Source of the DNA: Tubulanus polymorphus
Taxonomy: Eukaryota; Animalia; Nemertea
Direction: 5' to 3'
DNA: 64,000 bases
NCBI RefSeq assembly: GCF_964204645.1
Contig: NC_134035.1
Location: forward strand, 13,238,451 to 13,302,450
Shown here one piece after another: positions 27,101 to 40,100 of this stretch. The stretch's first letter is position 1. The number at the start of each line of letters is the position of its first letter. A model generated the notes under the pieces. The model had not been told where the DNA came from. It worked only from the letters and a program-made list of their open reading frames with translations, and did not search any database. The translations under genes and the position numbers were made by a program.

Positions 27101-27990
27101 TCATCAGCTACAGGTGACTACACAACTACTCATCCACAGTTCCACTGCCCGGTTCCATAGTTCCTTTACGGACCCAGTTCCACAGGTCTGGAGCTAATAC
27201 CAAAGTTCAGGGCCTACAGTTTGGCTCAAAGGTTCTGTGGATCCTGTTCCACAGCTCATGACTTGCACAGTTTCTTTATGGACCCAGTTCCAAAGGCCCA
27301 CTTCGAAAGTTCGACAGTTCTGTATTCAGCTCGGCAAGTCTGAATATTCAGTTCTATACCCGGGACCCCACAATTCTACAGTTCTAGACCTACTTCCAGG
27401 ACCCAGGTCCACAGTCGATCTGATTCAACGGTTCTGAGTCCTGCTAAACAATCATAGACCTTATTACGTGCACAGTTCCAAAAGCTATCCTCAAATTCTG
27501 CTCAGAACTGTGGAAGGAACTGAATGTGTACAGCAGGTAAAATACTCATTGTTCCCAAGCGCGATCGAGATAAAGCGACATTTAATTTGTTCACTGTTAC
27601 AGACCATATGGTAAAGCTATTCCACATTCTGAATATTGGGCCGATTTTGAGAAAATTGTTCAAGAAATCGCTGGTAGACCGCACTGGGCGAAGGTAAGTT
27701 GAGGTCAGCAGACATTGCTGTATCATCGGAGTTCACTTAAAGTCAGTATCTTACGCATTGAACCTGTGACACCAGTCATCAGGGAACCTCGATAACATTT
27801 GATATTCATGAAGTTTGATGTAGTTTTTCTTCCTTTTTGTTTATTCTAAATTGTCAAGGCGCACAGTATGGATTGTCATCAGCTGAAGCAACTCTACCCA
27901 ATGTGGAATCAGTTCCACCGAGTTCGTGAGCGTTTAGATCCACGTGGAATATTCATGAATCGTTACCTGAGACAAGTTTTCGACAGTTAG
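24114..27990 (+). CDS. GULO: L-gulonolactone oxidase-like, copy 3 (447 aa, 11 exons; altered active-site residues)
   Basis: Exons 24114-24239, 24319-24444, 24687-24781, 25145-25235, 25445-25630, 25731-25844, 25930-26003, 26558-26704, 26952-27113, 27603-27693, 27859-27990. Frame intact, introns GT-AG. Motifs [28 protein letters not shown]. Confidence 0.93.
24811..25080. repeat. 9-bp CCAGTCACC-type minisatellite, GULO-3 intron 3
   Basis: Degenerate tandem units, as in copies 1 and 2. Confidence 0.9.
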
Positions 27991-29358
27991 AGGGAGAGAG
28001 AGAGCAATTCATTACTAAAGTCTATCTATTTTTGTCTGGGATTGTATTATGTATTTCTCTCGTGTTGAAAAGAGAAATGAACAACCATTTTTGAATTATT
28101 AACTGTTTTCATGGCTAAAAACGATAATTTTTAATGATTTGAAAATAATTCTAATTGTTTGGCATGAAATCAATATTGTTAAGATTGATTAAGTTCGTAA
28201 AATGGAGTCTGATGCAAATGAGTTGAAGAAGACGTCTTTGGAAATGCTTCAATATCATATTCACTCATAACAGCAATGTATATAAACTTTGATTGCTTAA
28301 TAAAACTAAATTGATACTATACAAATTATGTAAACTAAATAAAATGCAAATATATATAAACAATCAATGATTAGTTAATAGTCGTATGTGTGGTTTTATG
28401 GATCCAGACTCCGGCCTCCGCATGGGAACTCTCTTTAAAACAGCGCCGATAGATTGGTGCGACTTGTGGAACTTTCATAAACGAGGGTTGTGAGGCGAAG
28501 CTCATATTAATACGCATTTTAAAACCATTAACGTTAAAATGGGGAATCTAATTGGCTAATAAAAGCATCATCCTGAACCCGCGCACCCGGTCTGGTGTGG
28601 CAGGGTTTCGTGCCGTGGGTGAGTGTAACGATGTCATCGGTTTCGAATCCCAGCGGGGAACCCTGGCATCGGTCGAGGAGAGGAGGACAACAACCTGCAG
28701 CAGCTCTGACCAATCACAAACCGTAAACCGTAATATACGGGATTCGAACCTGATTCGAATACGCGTCGCGCAATTCGTCTCCCGCTTGTTCCGATGAAAA
28801 CTGTTACGTAATAAATCCTAAATCGGTTCCAAAATTCACTTTTAATTACAATTTTTAAATGTACTACAGGAATTACTCACCTTCAACACGTGCATGACCG
28901 ATAAAGAACCGTGAAAGTTTTAAATTTCATGCCCCACGTGACGGATCGACCCTAGTGAACCTGAGATGTACATTATATTTCGAACATGAAACCAATCAAA
29001 GAAATACGAACCACAAATATGTGACCCATCTGAAATACGTGAACACTGCATTGACATTGACATAGGTAGTTTAGTAGTGATGTTTCATTAGCGGAATAGA
29101 TGTACTCATCGGAGAATTTGTGATGAACCAAAATCATTAAAATCCTTAAAACTGAAATATTGTTTTGACGAATGGCTCTGAATTAATTCTGTGTTAAGTT
29201 TTTTTGGTGACATTCTGGATCTAGTTCCGCACAGTTGTGAGCAAGAGTTAACAACTCCGAGTTGAAATTAGTTCATTTTCAATGAGTTAAACTCTGAATC
29301 CGTGTCAACAATTTTCTTTTCTGTGTCGAGTCGTGTGGAGGTATTTATTTGTTTGACA

Positions 29359-31769
29359 ATGCGATTTTTCATAAAGTTTGGATTTATCTTCACTGTTTGT
29401 TACTGTTTCTTGTTGATACAATGTCAGACTACGACAGGATTCTCCTCCGCTACAAGTGCAGGAAATGGTAGGTGGTAGCACAAAATCAAAATGGCAGGCA
29501 ATATTTTAAAAGGGCACTATCCCCTTCAGATGCAATTGTGAAGCACTTGGGATTCTTTCCACCAAATAAAAACAGAGTAATAATTTTCGGGGGCACTTAG
29601 AAAATCTAGAGGGTAGCACGTGCCCCGTGCGCTACCCCCTAGATCCGCGCCTGGGATCTCATCTAGTAGGCCTACTGAACTGAGCCGGGTGAAACTGGAA
29701 CTATCTGGTCTCTCACTCAGAGGCAAGGCATAGCCACTCCTGCCTGTTGGATAGTCCACGCACAGCCAACGACAGACGATCAACATCAGCTAGAAAATCT
29801 TAAATTCAGTTTCTTTTCTTCAGGGACTGCGAATTGTACGGCTTATTGTAGCATGTACGACACTTGGCATGAAACGACTACTTGTAATACAACTTACTGT
29901 TGCGGGAATGCAACCATGAAATTCTGCTGCGGAGAATTAGAATTCAATATCACAGCTATAGATAATAAAGCTGGTAATGTGATGGGAGATTGTGGAGATT
30001 CGACGTAAGTAAAATATCAAAAGATCAGGGTGGATCCATAGCACTATACTAAACAAGGGGATACCTTTTTCAAAATTCCGATATGTTTCTCACCATCGCC
30101 CGGGTTCTTCTCAGTTCACAGGAAATACTTTTAGAAGGACTCCACATCCACTGGCTTTTTATCATTTACTAGTAATTGCCTTTCAGCTCAAGGGTGTCCT
30201 ATAAGATGGCCAAATACTGGCTGACTGTGTTGGATCCGCCCCAGAAACGGTACATTAAAACATGTTCAAGTTTAAATAGACTCATTTTTAGAATAATAGT
30301 GTGTTTTGTCAAAACCTCTCGTCCAGACTGTGGCAGATTTGTTCAGAATGCACGTTTCAGTGACTCCAACTCGACCCTGTTCGAATCCCACAGATATTCA
30401 TATATTCCCGCGCGGAGTTTGGTGGCAGCACTGTATGGTCCCCTAGCGGAATTTCAGCGAACAATGCCGCGGGTTGTCACGGTCCAGACCGAAGTCCGTT
30501 TCCACTTTTAGAAAATTGATTTTTACGGTAACACTAGTGCATCGACTTCTACATCAACATCTACCCGAGAAAAAACAGTGCATCGTACCATCGTGTCATA
30601 AAATCAGATTCTTCCCAACGATAGATTGATGGATTAGGAGAGTCATAACGGAACTGCTGACCCTAACCCTAATAATCTTCACTGTAACCAACACCGGTCC
30701 GGCGCCCGCCCGCATATTACGTTAGTTCGCGGAAATTCTGCAAGGCGACCGTATGGTGCTGCCTCCATGTCATGTCCTTGATGTAGTAATGAGGGTTCGG
30801 TGATTGGTTAACGATGGCCACTTGGCACACCCCGCGGAATATAGAATTTTGACAGATATGACGTAGAGGTGCCAAAAATTAAAAGGAAACTAGTTGCTCC
30901 GATTCAAATCCAAATGAACCTTTCTAAAACAGATTTGTTTAATGTTAACTATGAAATGGGATCGGAACCTTGCTAATAAATATTGAAGTTTTTACTGGGT
31001 TGTTTATTTGTATTTTTTAAGGGATACAACTTCAGTGGTTTGGACGATAATACCGGTGATAGTGGCAGCGATTTTAGTCGTGATCGTTGTAATAGTTCTA
31101 ATATATCTCACCTATAAAGAGGCCATGAAACGAGGTAAATAGATCTAAAATACACTATCACCCATCCCTGGTTATCTGTGATATCCCCCGCACCCTCGTC
31201 TCTATCAGATTACCCCCACTACACGAGTTCACAATGTCATCTACTGGATTGTTTAGATGATCGGCTCTCTCTCTCTCATTGATCGACAATATGTCAATAT
31301 CTAGAGAAAAATAAAATGGTACCAGTAACCTAATATCAGCATAATCACCTACATCGGGAATCTCAGGATTAGAAAGAACATAGAACTCAATCATTTGATT
31401 TGAGTTCTATGGAAAGAAGTATTTAAGGACGGCCTGGGGTCCCTTGGGTGTGCTGTAGCTGGACACTGATGGTGCCAAGTCCCTGTAGATCTGCTATAGG
31501 ACACTGATGGTGCTAGGTTAGTGTGCTAGGACAGGTCTCTGCAAAGGTGCTTAGAGGATACTGCTGCTGGTACTAAACATAACTATTTTGCTTTTTTTGA
31601 TTCCCAAGTGGAGAAGAAATCACTGGCAGTACTAGGGGCGTACACTGGTGGATCGCTGGATACTCTAGATACCGACTTAGACGGCGGATCCACGGATCAG
31701 GACGCACAGAATCTGCCTCTCGCTAAAAACAAACGACCAACTCCTTCATACGAATCATTTGACAATTAA
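29359..31769 (+). CDS. Shisa-like single-pass type I membrane protein (187 aa, 4 exons)
   Basis: Exons 29359-29467, 29824-30004, 31022-31134 and 31609-31769 splice in frame. Signal peptide MRFFIKFGFIFTVCYCFLLIQC; Cys-rich ectodomain CTAYCSMYDTWHETTTCNTTYCCGNATMKFCC...C; TM segment VVWTIIPVIVAAILVVIVVIVLIYLTY; tail ending PTPSYESFDN. Confidence 0.8.
30027..30243. mobile_element. hAT-like MITE (CAGGG(G)YGGATCC termini)
   Basis: cagggtggatcca...tggatccgccccag. Related termini occur at ~8030-8346, ~29640, ~51960 and 53348-53423. Confidence 0.55.
30401..30843. mobile_element. Degenerate MITE with long imperfect TIRs in Shisa-like intron 2
   Basis: tatattcccgcg...ggcagcactgtatggtcccctagcggaatttcagcgaac versus the inverted gttcgcggaaattctgcaaggcgaccgtatggtgctgcc...ccgcggaatata. 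Confidence 0.6.
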
Positions 31770-34142
31770 ACCACGATTTATAAAATACCGACTACAAAAA
31801 TAAAGTTAAGTTTAGTAAAAGACAATGTTTGTAGTCATTTGTCTTGTATCAACCAATTTATTTCGTTTGTGATAACAACCCATAGCAATTGGTAAAACCC
31901 TTCTAAAGATGATTTCAATCCCGGGAAAAATAAGTGCCCTTTGGTTTATGATAAAGATTACGTAATACGTTCTATAATTCATGTCAAATATTAGATAAAC
32001 GCCTACAGAACTGAAAACAAAGACTCGTGATGGGGAGTTCCATGCTGTACGATATTTCACCGCTATCAGGTCAGATATCTGTGCGAGGTAATCAAACCCT
32101 GGCAAGCGAGGGTATTGGGGTGAACTTCCTCGGGAGGAATTCAAACTCTGGTATTTTCTCTCCAGCATTTCTGAACTCCACGTAGAGTTTGTTCAACCTT
32201 TCACGATTGGATATTTTCACAACCCACAAATACATCCGACAATAAAAGCTAACCACCAACGATTAGGTAACGAATTAGTTCAACCTCTATCGAGTCTGTG
32301 AATCACGATTAAAGTTTTGACTACAAGAAAAACTAAAACGATACTATTTCTGAGAATGATGCAATCATTATTTTATTTTTATCACTTTTCGTCGACGAAA
32401 AAAAAAAACCATTAAGAATTTCTTTCTGTTTCATATAATCATGAATGAACGTACTTTTATATCTAATAACTAAGACATCGTTAATCCTCTGATCAAGGAT
32501 TAACTAATCCTGTTAATCTTCAATGATGATCCTCGGATTTGGGTGACAAAACAACAAAATGTATTCGATCGATTTTCTACACAGCGAGTTAATTAAATAT
32601 ATACAGAATCATTATAGAACAGTCATCACAGATGATGTCATCGAGTCCAGCTACAAAATACATGAATCAACAAGACATTTAAAGTGTTTCAGGGATCGAT
32701 CCAGTTTCAAAGTACCGAGTTTTGACTCGTTGTTGAGAAGAGATATCGAAAAAGATCTTAAGCCTTTCTTTCAACTAGGACTTAAACCGTAACTCACAAC
32801 TGTGAAACTGTACCATGAAGTTAAGTCACTTAACCATCTCCATTAGAACATAAGAATGGGCACCATTGCGGGTCCCACGTGTTACCCCTGCTCGTCCCAT
32901 GTATTATTTATGGGTATCATACCCCGTAAAATCTCTGCAGTTAAGTGAAGAACACATAAAGATGTATTTTGAATATCATCGTTTTTAGCTACAAAAATAA
33001 TTCGTATTTTTTTCGATGTACGGGATGTTTTTATAACAATAATCTGTGACGAGTTATTAATGATTTAACAATTCCTCGTTCATTTCTTCGATTTTCCGCG
33101 TTTTTAAATATTTACAATATTTATAAATTCATAAACAAGAAGCAGTTTTGTCATCATCATCGTCATCACCGAAATAATCATTAAACTTTCAACAATATCT
33201 CCACGCTGCCTCAAACCGCGGGCCTACAAGTGACTAAATAAAATTCCGCAAGCGTGCTTTAGTGTTAACTGGCGGTGAAAAACAATTCAATCATAAATCA
33301 ACAATTTTCATCCTTGTTTTCATTCGATTCATTGAATTATTATTTTTACCAGTAATTTCTTCCATTTTTTTAAATAAAATGCAATAATTCCATTTTATCA
33401 TTATTTTCGATCATTTGAAGATAATTCACAATTGAAGCAAAAAGAATATTTTCAACGCATGTTCTCTTAAATACATTTCAACCGCGAGTATAATAATGCA
33501 GCAATCAAACGTCATTACATTGAACCTTTATCAATGTGCGAGCATTTTTTTTTAATTTAAAATGTTTACCTTGTATCCTTGTAGATAACACAGGCGTTAC
33601 TAATTTGTCATTTCATTGACTAGAATATTGTGATGAGATGTGAAGCTAAGTTAACAGTATCTGAGAGAGACATAAATAGTGATTGAGCTGAGATCGAAGC
33701 AAAGTAATCTATATGTGATGTTACCTCGTTACAACAAACTTCAAGGCATCAGAAAATCTGTTCGTTATAACTGATAGTTCTATTTATAGAGTGGAACCTC
33801 GTTACGGAGACCAGAAAATCTGTTAATTACAACTAATAGTTCGCTGTATCCAGTATGAGACAAATTCTGTATCAAACTTGATGCGAAATCTTTATTTTGT
33901 TTTAAATGATAAATCTTCATATCTGTGTTTGTAAGTTTAAGGACCCACTGTATAAAAAAGCAAGCAATCCATTTAATATATCTACGGTAGCTGTTGATTC
34001 TAAGTAGAAGCGTAGTCTTTCAGTAAACCGCCAGTCTCCTCCCTCTCTCTCTCTCTCGCTCACTCCTCTCTTAACCTCCGTAGTTGGTCTTCAGTTGAAA
34101 TGCGAATTGGTGACGAATAATGTGTCGAATGGATCATATTAA

Positions 34143-37100
34143 TTACTGATTTTTGCATTCGCCCGGGTTGCCTTCGGTTGGCGCCTGTAAAAAATTAAAC
34201 ATCGAAAACGACGTTGGTTAAAAAGAGATCAAAAGCTGTAAGAAGTATCTCGGACAATAATAGTGTCATCATACAAACAACATGCATAATACATGCTTCG
34301 GATAAACTTGAAATGTTTCTTTTTTTTGTAGTGAAATTTACACCATCGATATCAACTACCGCAGACTAGGTAAATAACTCATCAACCGATCAAAATAGCG
34401 GGGATATACAAGATACAACCACCAGGTGGCGCTACCAACATCTTTCTAAATAAGCGATACATGAATCGGTGAGAAGAGTTGAACAATTTTGTCGCAAAAT
34501 CGTTGGAGGAAAAATGTGGCCTCGCTTTTATCGGCAATCAAGATCATCCTTAGTTTTACTCGTGTATTATTGTTTAAATAGCATGAACAATGTCATCAGG
34601 CTCCCTACAGATCTTGGATAAGGAGTTTTAACAAGGAGAAAATTAAAAAATTTGAGGAATTAGTAGCAGATCTGCGCCGCTATCTGAGTGAACAATCTGC
34701 TAGTTATGAAATTCGGAGGAACTTAAGGGCTATTTAGCAATTTAACTCAGGAACCTATGTAGTAGCCAGACCCCGTTCTGAATCCCTGACTAATCACATA
34801 TACACTAATCATGCACAATACTATAACTTATAAGAGACGGACACTGAAGTGAATTCTAGAATCCGAAGAATCCCAGGATTTTAAGCACAACAACTCAATA
34901 ATCAGCAGCCAGTGGTAATTAAAATTGAACTGAAATACTACCTAGAGTTTCCAACTGTTTGGCCCTATATCGAAAAACATGAATGAATTTCAATAGTAGC
35001 TACCAATAGTAGTTGACTCTAATAGAGAATCATTTACACAGCTATCGACCTGCAACCTGAATCACAGTCCCACAGTGAACATCTGAAGGGTAAGGGTACT
35101 TACAGATCAACAAACTCAAAATTGACCGATGTATTTTCTGGATGGACTGTTTTTTATCAAAAGGTTCTTTGTGTCAGTCAGCGCCAGCAATAGCAAGACA
35201 CCAAAAATTCCAAATTCTCTGACCTCAAGTAGAGTCAGAATTCCCAGATTTTCACAACAGAAAAAAAAAACAAATGCAGATTTTCCCCAATTCGTAAGAA
35301 CCCTGTAAGGGGGGAGGGGGCAAGGTTCCAAGCTAAGGGGGGTTCGACATCACGTTGCAGATTGATACCTGTGTATCACCGTGTATCACTAGTCAACAGT
35401 GTTCATTGTAATACCGATAACGAAGAGAAGACAAATGATCTCTTACCGGAACGTAATCTGGATCTTGGTCCTCATCTTCATCTTCATCATCTCCCTGAAT
35501 TTAGAAACAGATAGTTATAGAAAATTATCTGTCCCCAGTAAAATGTGAATTGTTCTACTCATATTTGCGTCGGATTCAAAAACTCCAGTAAGCCTGATAG
35601 ACTAATTCAGACAAGGCCAACTCAAGACTTTGACTAATTCATACAAAAACTAAATCATTTTCTGATTTTAACATATTTTGTCTCAACTCGACCGAGGTTC
35701 AACTTTGTACTAATGGCATCAAGTTATTTTACTGGTCGTAACAGTGGCGATATAATGAAGACAGAATTACTGAATTTATAAAATAATCTAAACTTACATC
35801 ATCTTCCTCATCATCATACTGAAAAACACAGAATAAAACAAATATACAATCAAATCAATTATCAACGAGGACAGTTGGAGAGGGCTGGATAACTGAACAC
35901 TGAACTAAATCGTTTCATCAGGGCCCCAACAGATCAGTCATTCCTGATATACAACATCTCCACAGATCGGTCATCATTAGATATAAGATCTCAGAGTAAG
36001 AAAGGAGAAAATATCAACGAAGGATGATAAATTAAACTGACCTCATCATCGTCATCTTCTAACGCTTCACCAGTAAAATATAACACAGCACGAGGTACAA
36101 TACGTTCTCTGATAAAATGTCCGATTTCAAAATCAGCGGCTAACAATGTCTCGGTCTCTTCATCTAATTCTTCATCTTCATCACCGCCTTCAGGAGCTAC
36201 AACAATTACAAACACCATCAATTCATTTAATCATCATTTACATCCAGGGGAACAGACAAGGTACAGCAGGCGGCAGATTGTCTGAAGGGGTAGGGTCCAG
36301 ACTGCCGAAGCTCTGATCTAAGGGTACAGACTCTAGGGTTCAGTAGGCTGCAGATTGAGGGGGTAGGGTCCAGACTGCTGATGCTCTGATCTAAGGGTAC
36401 AGACTGAGTCCGGTAAGCTGCTGCAGATTGAGGGGGTAGGGTCCAGACTGCTGATGCTCTGATCTAAGGGTACAGACTGAGTCCGGTAAGCTGCTGCAGA
36501 TTGAGGGGGTAGGGTCCAGACTGCTGATGCTCTGATCTAAGGGTACAGACTGAGTCCGGTAAGCTGCTGCAGATTGAGGGGGTAGGGTCCAGACTGCTGA
36601 TGCTCTGATCTAAGGGTACAGACTGAGTCCGGTAAGCTGCTGCAGATTGAGGGGGTAGGGTCCAGACTGCTGATGCTCTGGTCCGAGAGGGTACAGACTC
36701 TAGGGTTCAGTAGGCTGCAGATTGAGGGGGTAGGGTCCAGACTGCTGATGCTCTGATCTAAGGGTACAGACTGAGTCCGGTAAGCTGCTGCAGATTGAGG
36801 GGGTAGGGTCCAGACTGCTGATGCTCTGGTCCGAGAGGGTACAGACTCTAGGGTTCAGCAGGCTGCAGATTGATAGTTTACCTGTTGGTGGATTGAAGAA
36901 ATTAAAGAATGAATCATTTTGCACTTGTTTCGTCACTTGTCGAATTGTTCCTTTGTTTTTATGTTTTTGAGTTTTTTTCACAGTTTTCTTCGTGACGTTT
37001 TTGCCCTTTTTCCAGTCGATTGTGCACCTGAAGAAACATTAAATAACAACAATGAATCAGTAATAAATGACTTTAAAGTGGGACTTTTCTTTTTAAAATC

Positions 37101-40100
37101 GGAAATCAAAGTTTAGATATAGCTGGATGGTCAGTAGAATAAAGATGTCCGAATTGATGAGTCAAATCAGAGCAGATGATCCGACTTGCAAAGAAAATTA
37201 TTCGAACTGGACTAAGCTCATCTCGAGCTCATCACAGGGTGAATACGGTAACGTACCCGGTGCATTTAATAATTTCCGGTCCTTCGTAAATAAACGGATC
37301 ATCGTCATCCGGTCCGACGCGTAGTGTGTACTGTTTCGTGAGGATTTTATTTGTAAAGTAATCGTTCGCACTGAAAACGAATTCTAACGTAAAACCCTGA
37401 AAACGAAAAACAGACGAACGACATTTAATCGACATTTTATAAATAATGACAGGCTCGTATTTTCATGATCTATCAGTTCACAGTCTCTACTGAAAGTGCT
37501 GGTTTGCGATACAGGGTGGCGCTTATTTCCGCCCATCTACAAATTCCCCAAGTTTTTCCAGATTTTTCCATGTGATTACAGAAAATTCCCTCAGAATCAG
37601 AGAAATTTCTAGGTTTTAAATGTTAAGCCTAGCGCACATCGACACTGCGATTGGAGACAACTAGTTGCAAGGCAGTTTTCAGCGCATGAGAGGAACTGGC
37701 TGGATACGATCAGTTGCTCGAATGTGTCGATGTGAGCGAGCTTACGATTGGTAAGCGTCGATCTATCTCCAGTTCCAGCCAGTTGCCCATGTTCTACTTT
37801 TGAGCAACTAGTTGTACTCGATCGCAGTCATATCCGTCGATGTGCGCACTCTGGATCTCGACGATCGACACGCGCCATGCAGTTGCTGCAACTGACCGGT
37901 TGTAACTAGATTTCGATGGGGTAATCGTTCGGTAGCAACTAGTTGCCTCCAATCGCAGTGTCGATGTGCGCTAGGCTTTACAATTCATTCATTTTTCATC
38001 GAAGCATGAACTGATAAAGAAACACGTGGTCAATTATCCGAATTAGTGTCCAGGACAGTAGCGCCACCCAGTGTGACCGGTTCGCGATAAGACTTACGAT
38101 CGGTTCTTTATCTTGATGTTTAACTCTAATATCCTGTAGATGATTGATGATTGGTCGATCATGCTCCTGAACCATATCGGCCAACATCTCCACGTTATTG
38201 AATACGGTTAACCAGAAATATGGAATGCCATTCGGATTCTCTGAAATAGAAACAGGAGCAATTAAAAAACAGAATTCAAACTGACTGCTTCTCCCTCGAG
38301 GGACTGAGTGCCATTCTCCTTTACTCTCTTTCCGGGGGGATCATAGAAATATTGTTTGACCTTCCTCCTTCTTCTCTTCACTTTCTTCTTCTTTTTTCTT
38401 ATCACCCTCGCCCTCATCCTCAATGGCGGCTTTAGTTTTCATTTCTTCCTGTAAGACATCAGGAGCTTTCGTCTAGAATGTTAAACGAACAATTTATTCA
38501 TAAAGCCTTCGATAATGAATTGGGCAGTTTCTCGTGTCACTCGTCACCAGCAAGAGCAATTACTCTATGAATCCCAAAATCACTTTAATCTGTTCCTTGT
38601 CATCAGCAATGTAAAACAAGTCACCAAAAAATTCAAATTCCCTGATTGAATTAAGATATCTTCAGCAGGGGCTGTTTGTTATCAAGAGGTTCCTTGTGCC
38701 ACTCATCACCAGCAAGAACAACAAGACACCAAAAATTCAAATTCCCTGATTAAATTATAAGATATCCTCAGTGAGGGCTGTTTGTTATCAAGAGGTTCCT
38801 CGTGTCACTCATCACCGGCAATCACAACAAGACACCAAAAATTCAAATTCCCTGATTAAATTATAAGATATCCTCAGTGAGGGCTGTTTGTTATCAAGAG
38901 GTTCCTCGTGTCACTCATCACCGGCAATCACAACAAGACACCAAAAATTCAAATTCCCTGATTGAATTATAAGATATCCTCAGTGAGGGCTGTTTGTTAT
39001 CAAGAGGTTCCTTGTGCCACTCATCACCAGCAAGAACAACAAGACACCAAAAATTCAAATTCCCTGATTAAATTATAAGATATCCTCAGTGAGGGCTGTT
39101 TGTTATCAAGAGGTTCCTCGTGTCACTCATCACCGGCAATCACAACAAGACACCAAAAATTCAAATTCCCTGATTAAATTATAAGATATCCTCAGTGAGG
39201 GCTGTTTGTTATCAAGAGGTTCCTCGTGTCACTCATCACCGGCAATCACAACAAGACACCAAAAATTCAAATTCCCTGATTGAATTATAAGATATCCTCA
39301 GTGAGGGCCGTTTCTTATCAAGAGGTTCCTTGTGCCTCTCATCACCGGCAATCACAACAAGACACGAAAAACTAAAATTCAAGATATCCTCGGTTTCTAA
39401 TCTATCAAGAGGTTTCGTGTGGCAACAAAGATACCAAATTTCGAAGATTTTTCCCCGACGATTCGGACATTTTACTTACAGCTAATTCATCCTCATCTTC
39501 TTCCTCTTCATCAGACGGCCAATCACAATCTGAATCGGTCGGCTCGACGGCACCAGTCACTACTTCCTTCCTCTGTACAAATATACAAATAACTCATTAT
39601 GTTATAATTCATTCATTTTACAGTAAAATCAAACCGTATTAAGAAACCATGTGGACAACAATAGAATCCAAATTCCCCGAGTTTCCAAGGTTTTTGGTGG
39701 AATTTTTCGACGTCTCTAATTTCATCTGATTACCCAAGTTTTCCGAGTCAGTAGATACCCGGCTAAATTGTGCCACAACGTGATACAGGGAACGGTGAGG
39801 ATCATCAATTCTTACCTTCAAGAAATAAGGATCGTACAACGCTGCGTATTTACATTCCAGTTGGTGAACTTCCTCATAAAACTGAGCTTCCAACTTCATC
39901 GTTTCAAACTGCATTTTCTTCAAAGCTTTAACTCTTCGTTTCACCGGCTTCGGAAGGCTGTGAAAAATACATATATATATATAAACATTGATTGAAATAC
40001 ACAAGACTCTACACTCCAACCAGGGCCCAGTTTCACGAAAAAGTGTAAGCTTAAAACAGTTAAGTTTGAATTGTTGTCCTCATTGAAAACATGAAGTAAC

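Noticed and set aside
18808-27990. GULO copies 2 and 3 as pseudogenes
   Set aside because: No stops, frameshifts or broken splice sites in any of the 11 exons, and the changes are clustered rather than random.
35915-35980. Intronic C/D-box snoRNA in NAP1 (minus-strand ATGATGA...CTGA)
   Set aside because: No terminal stem and no recognisable rRNA guide; cannot be supported without a snoRNA scan.
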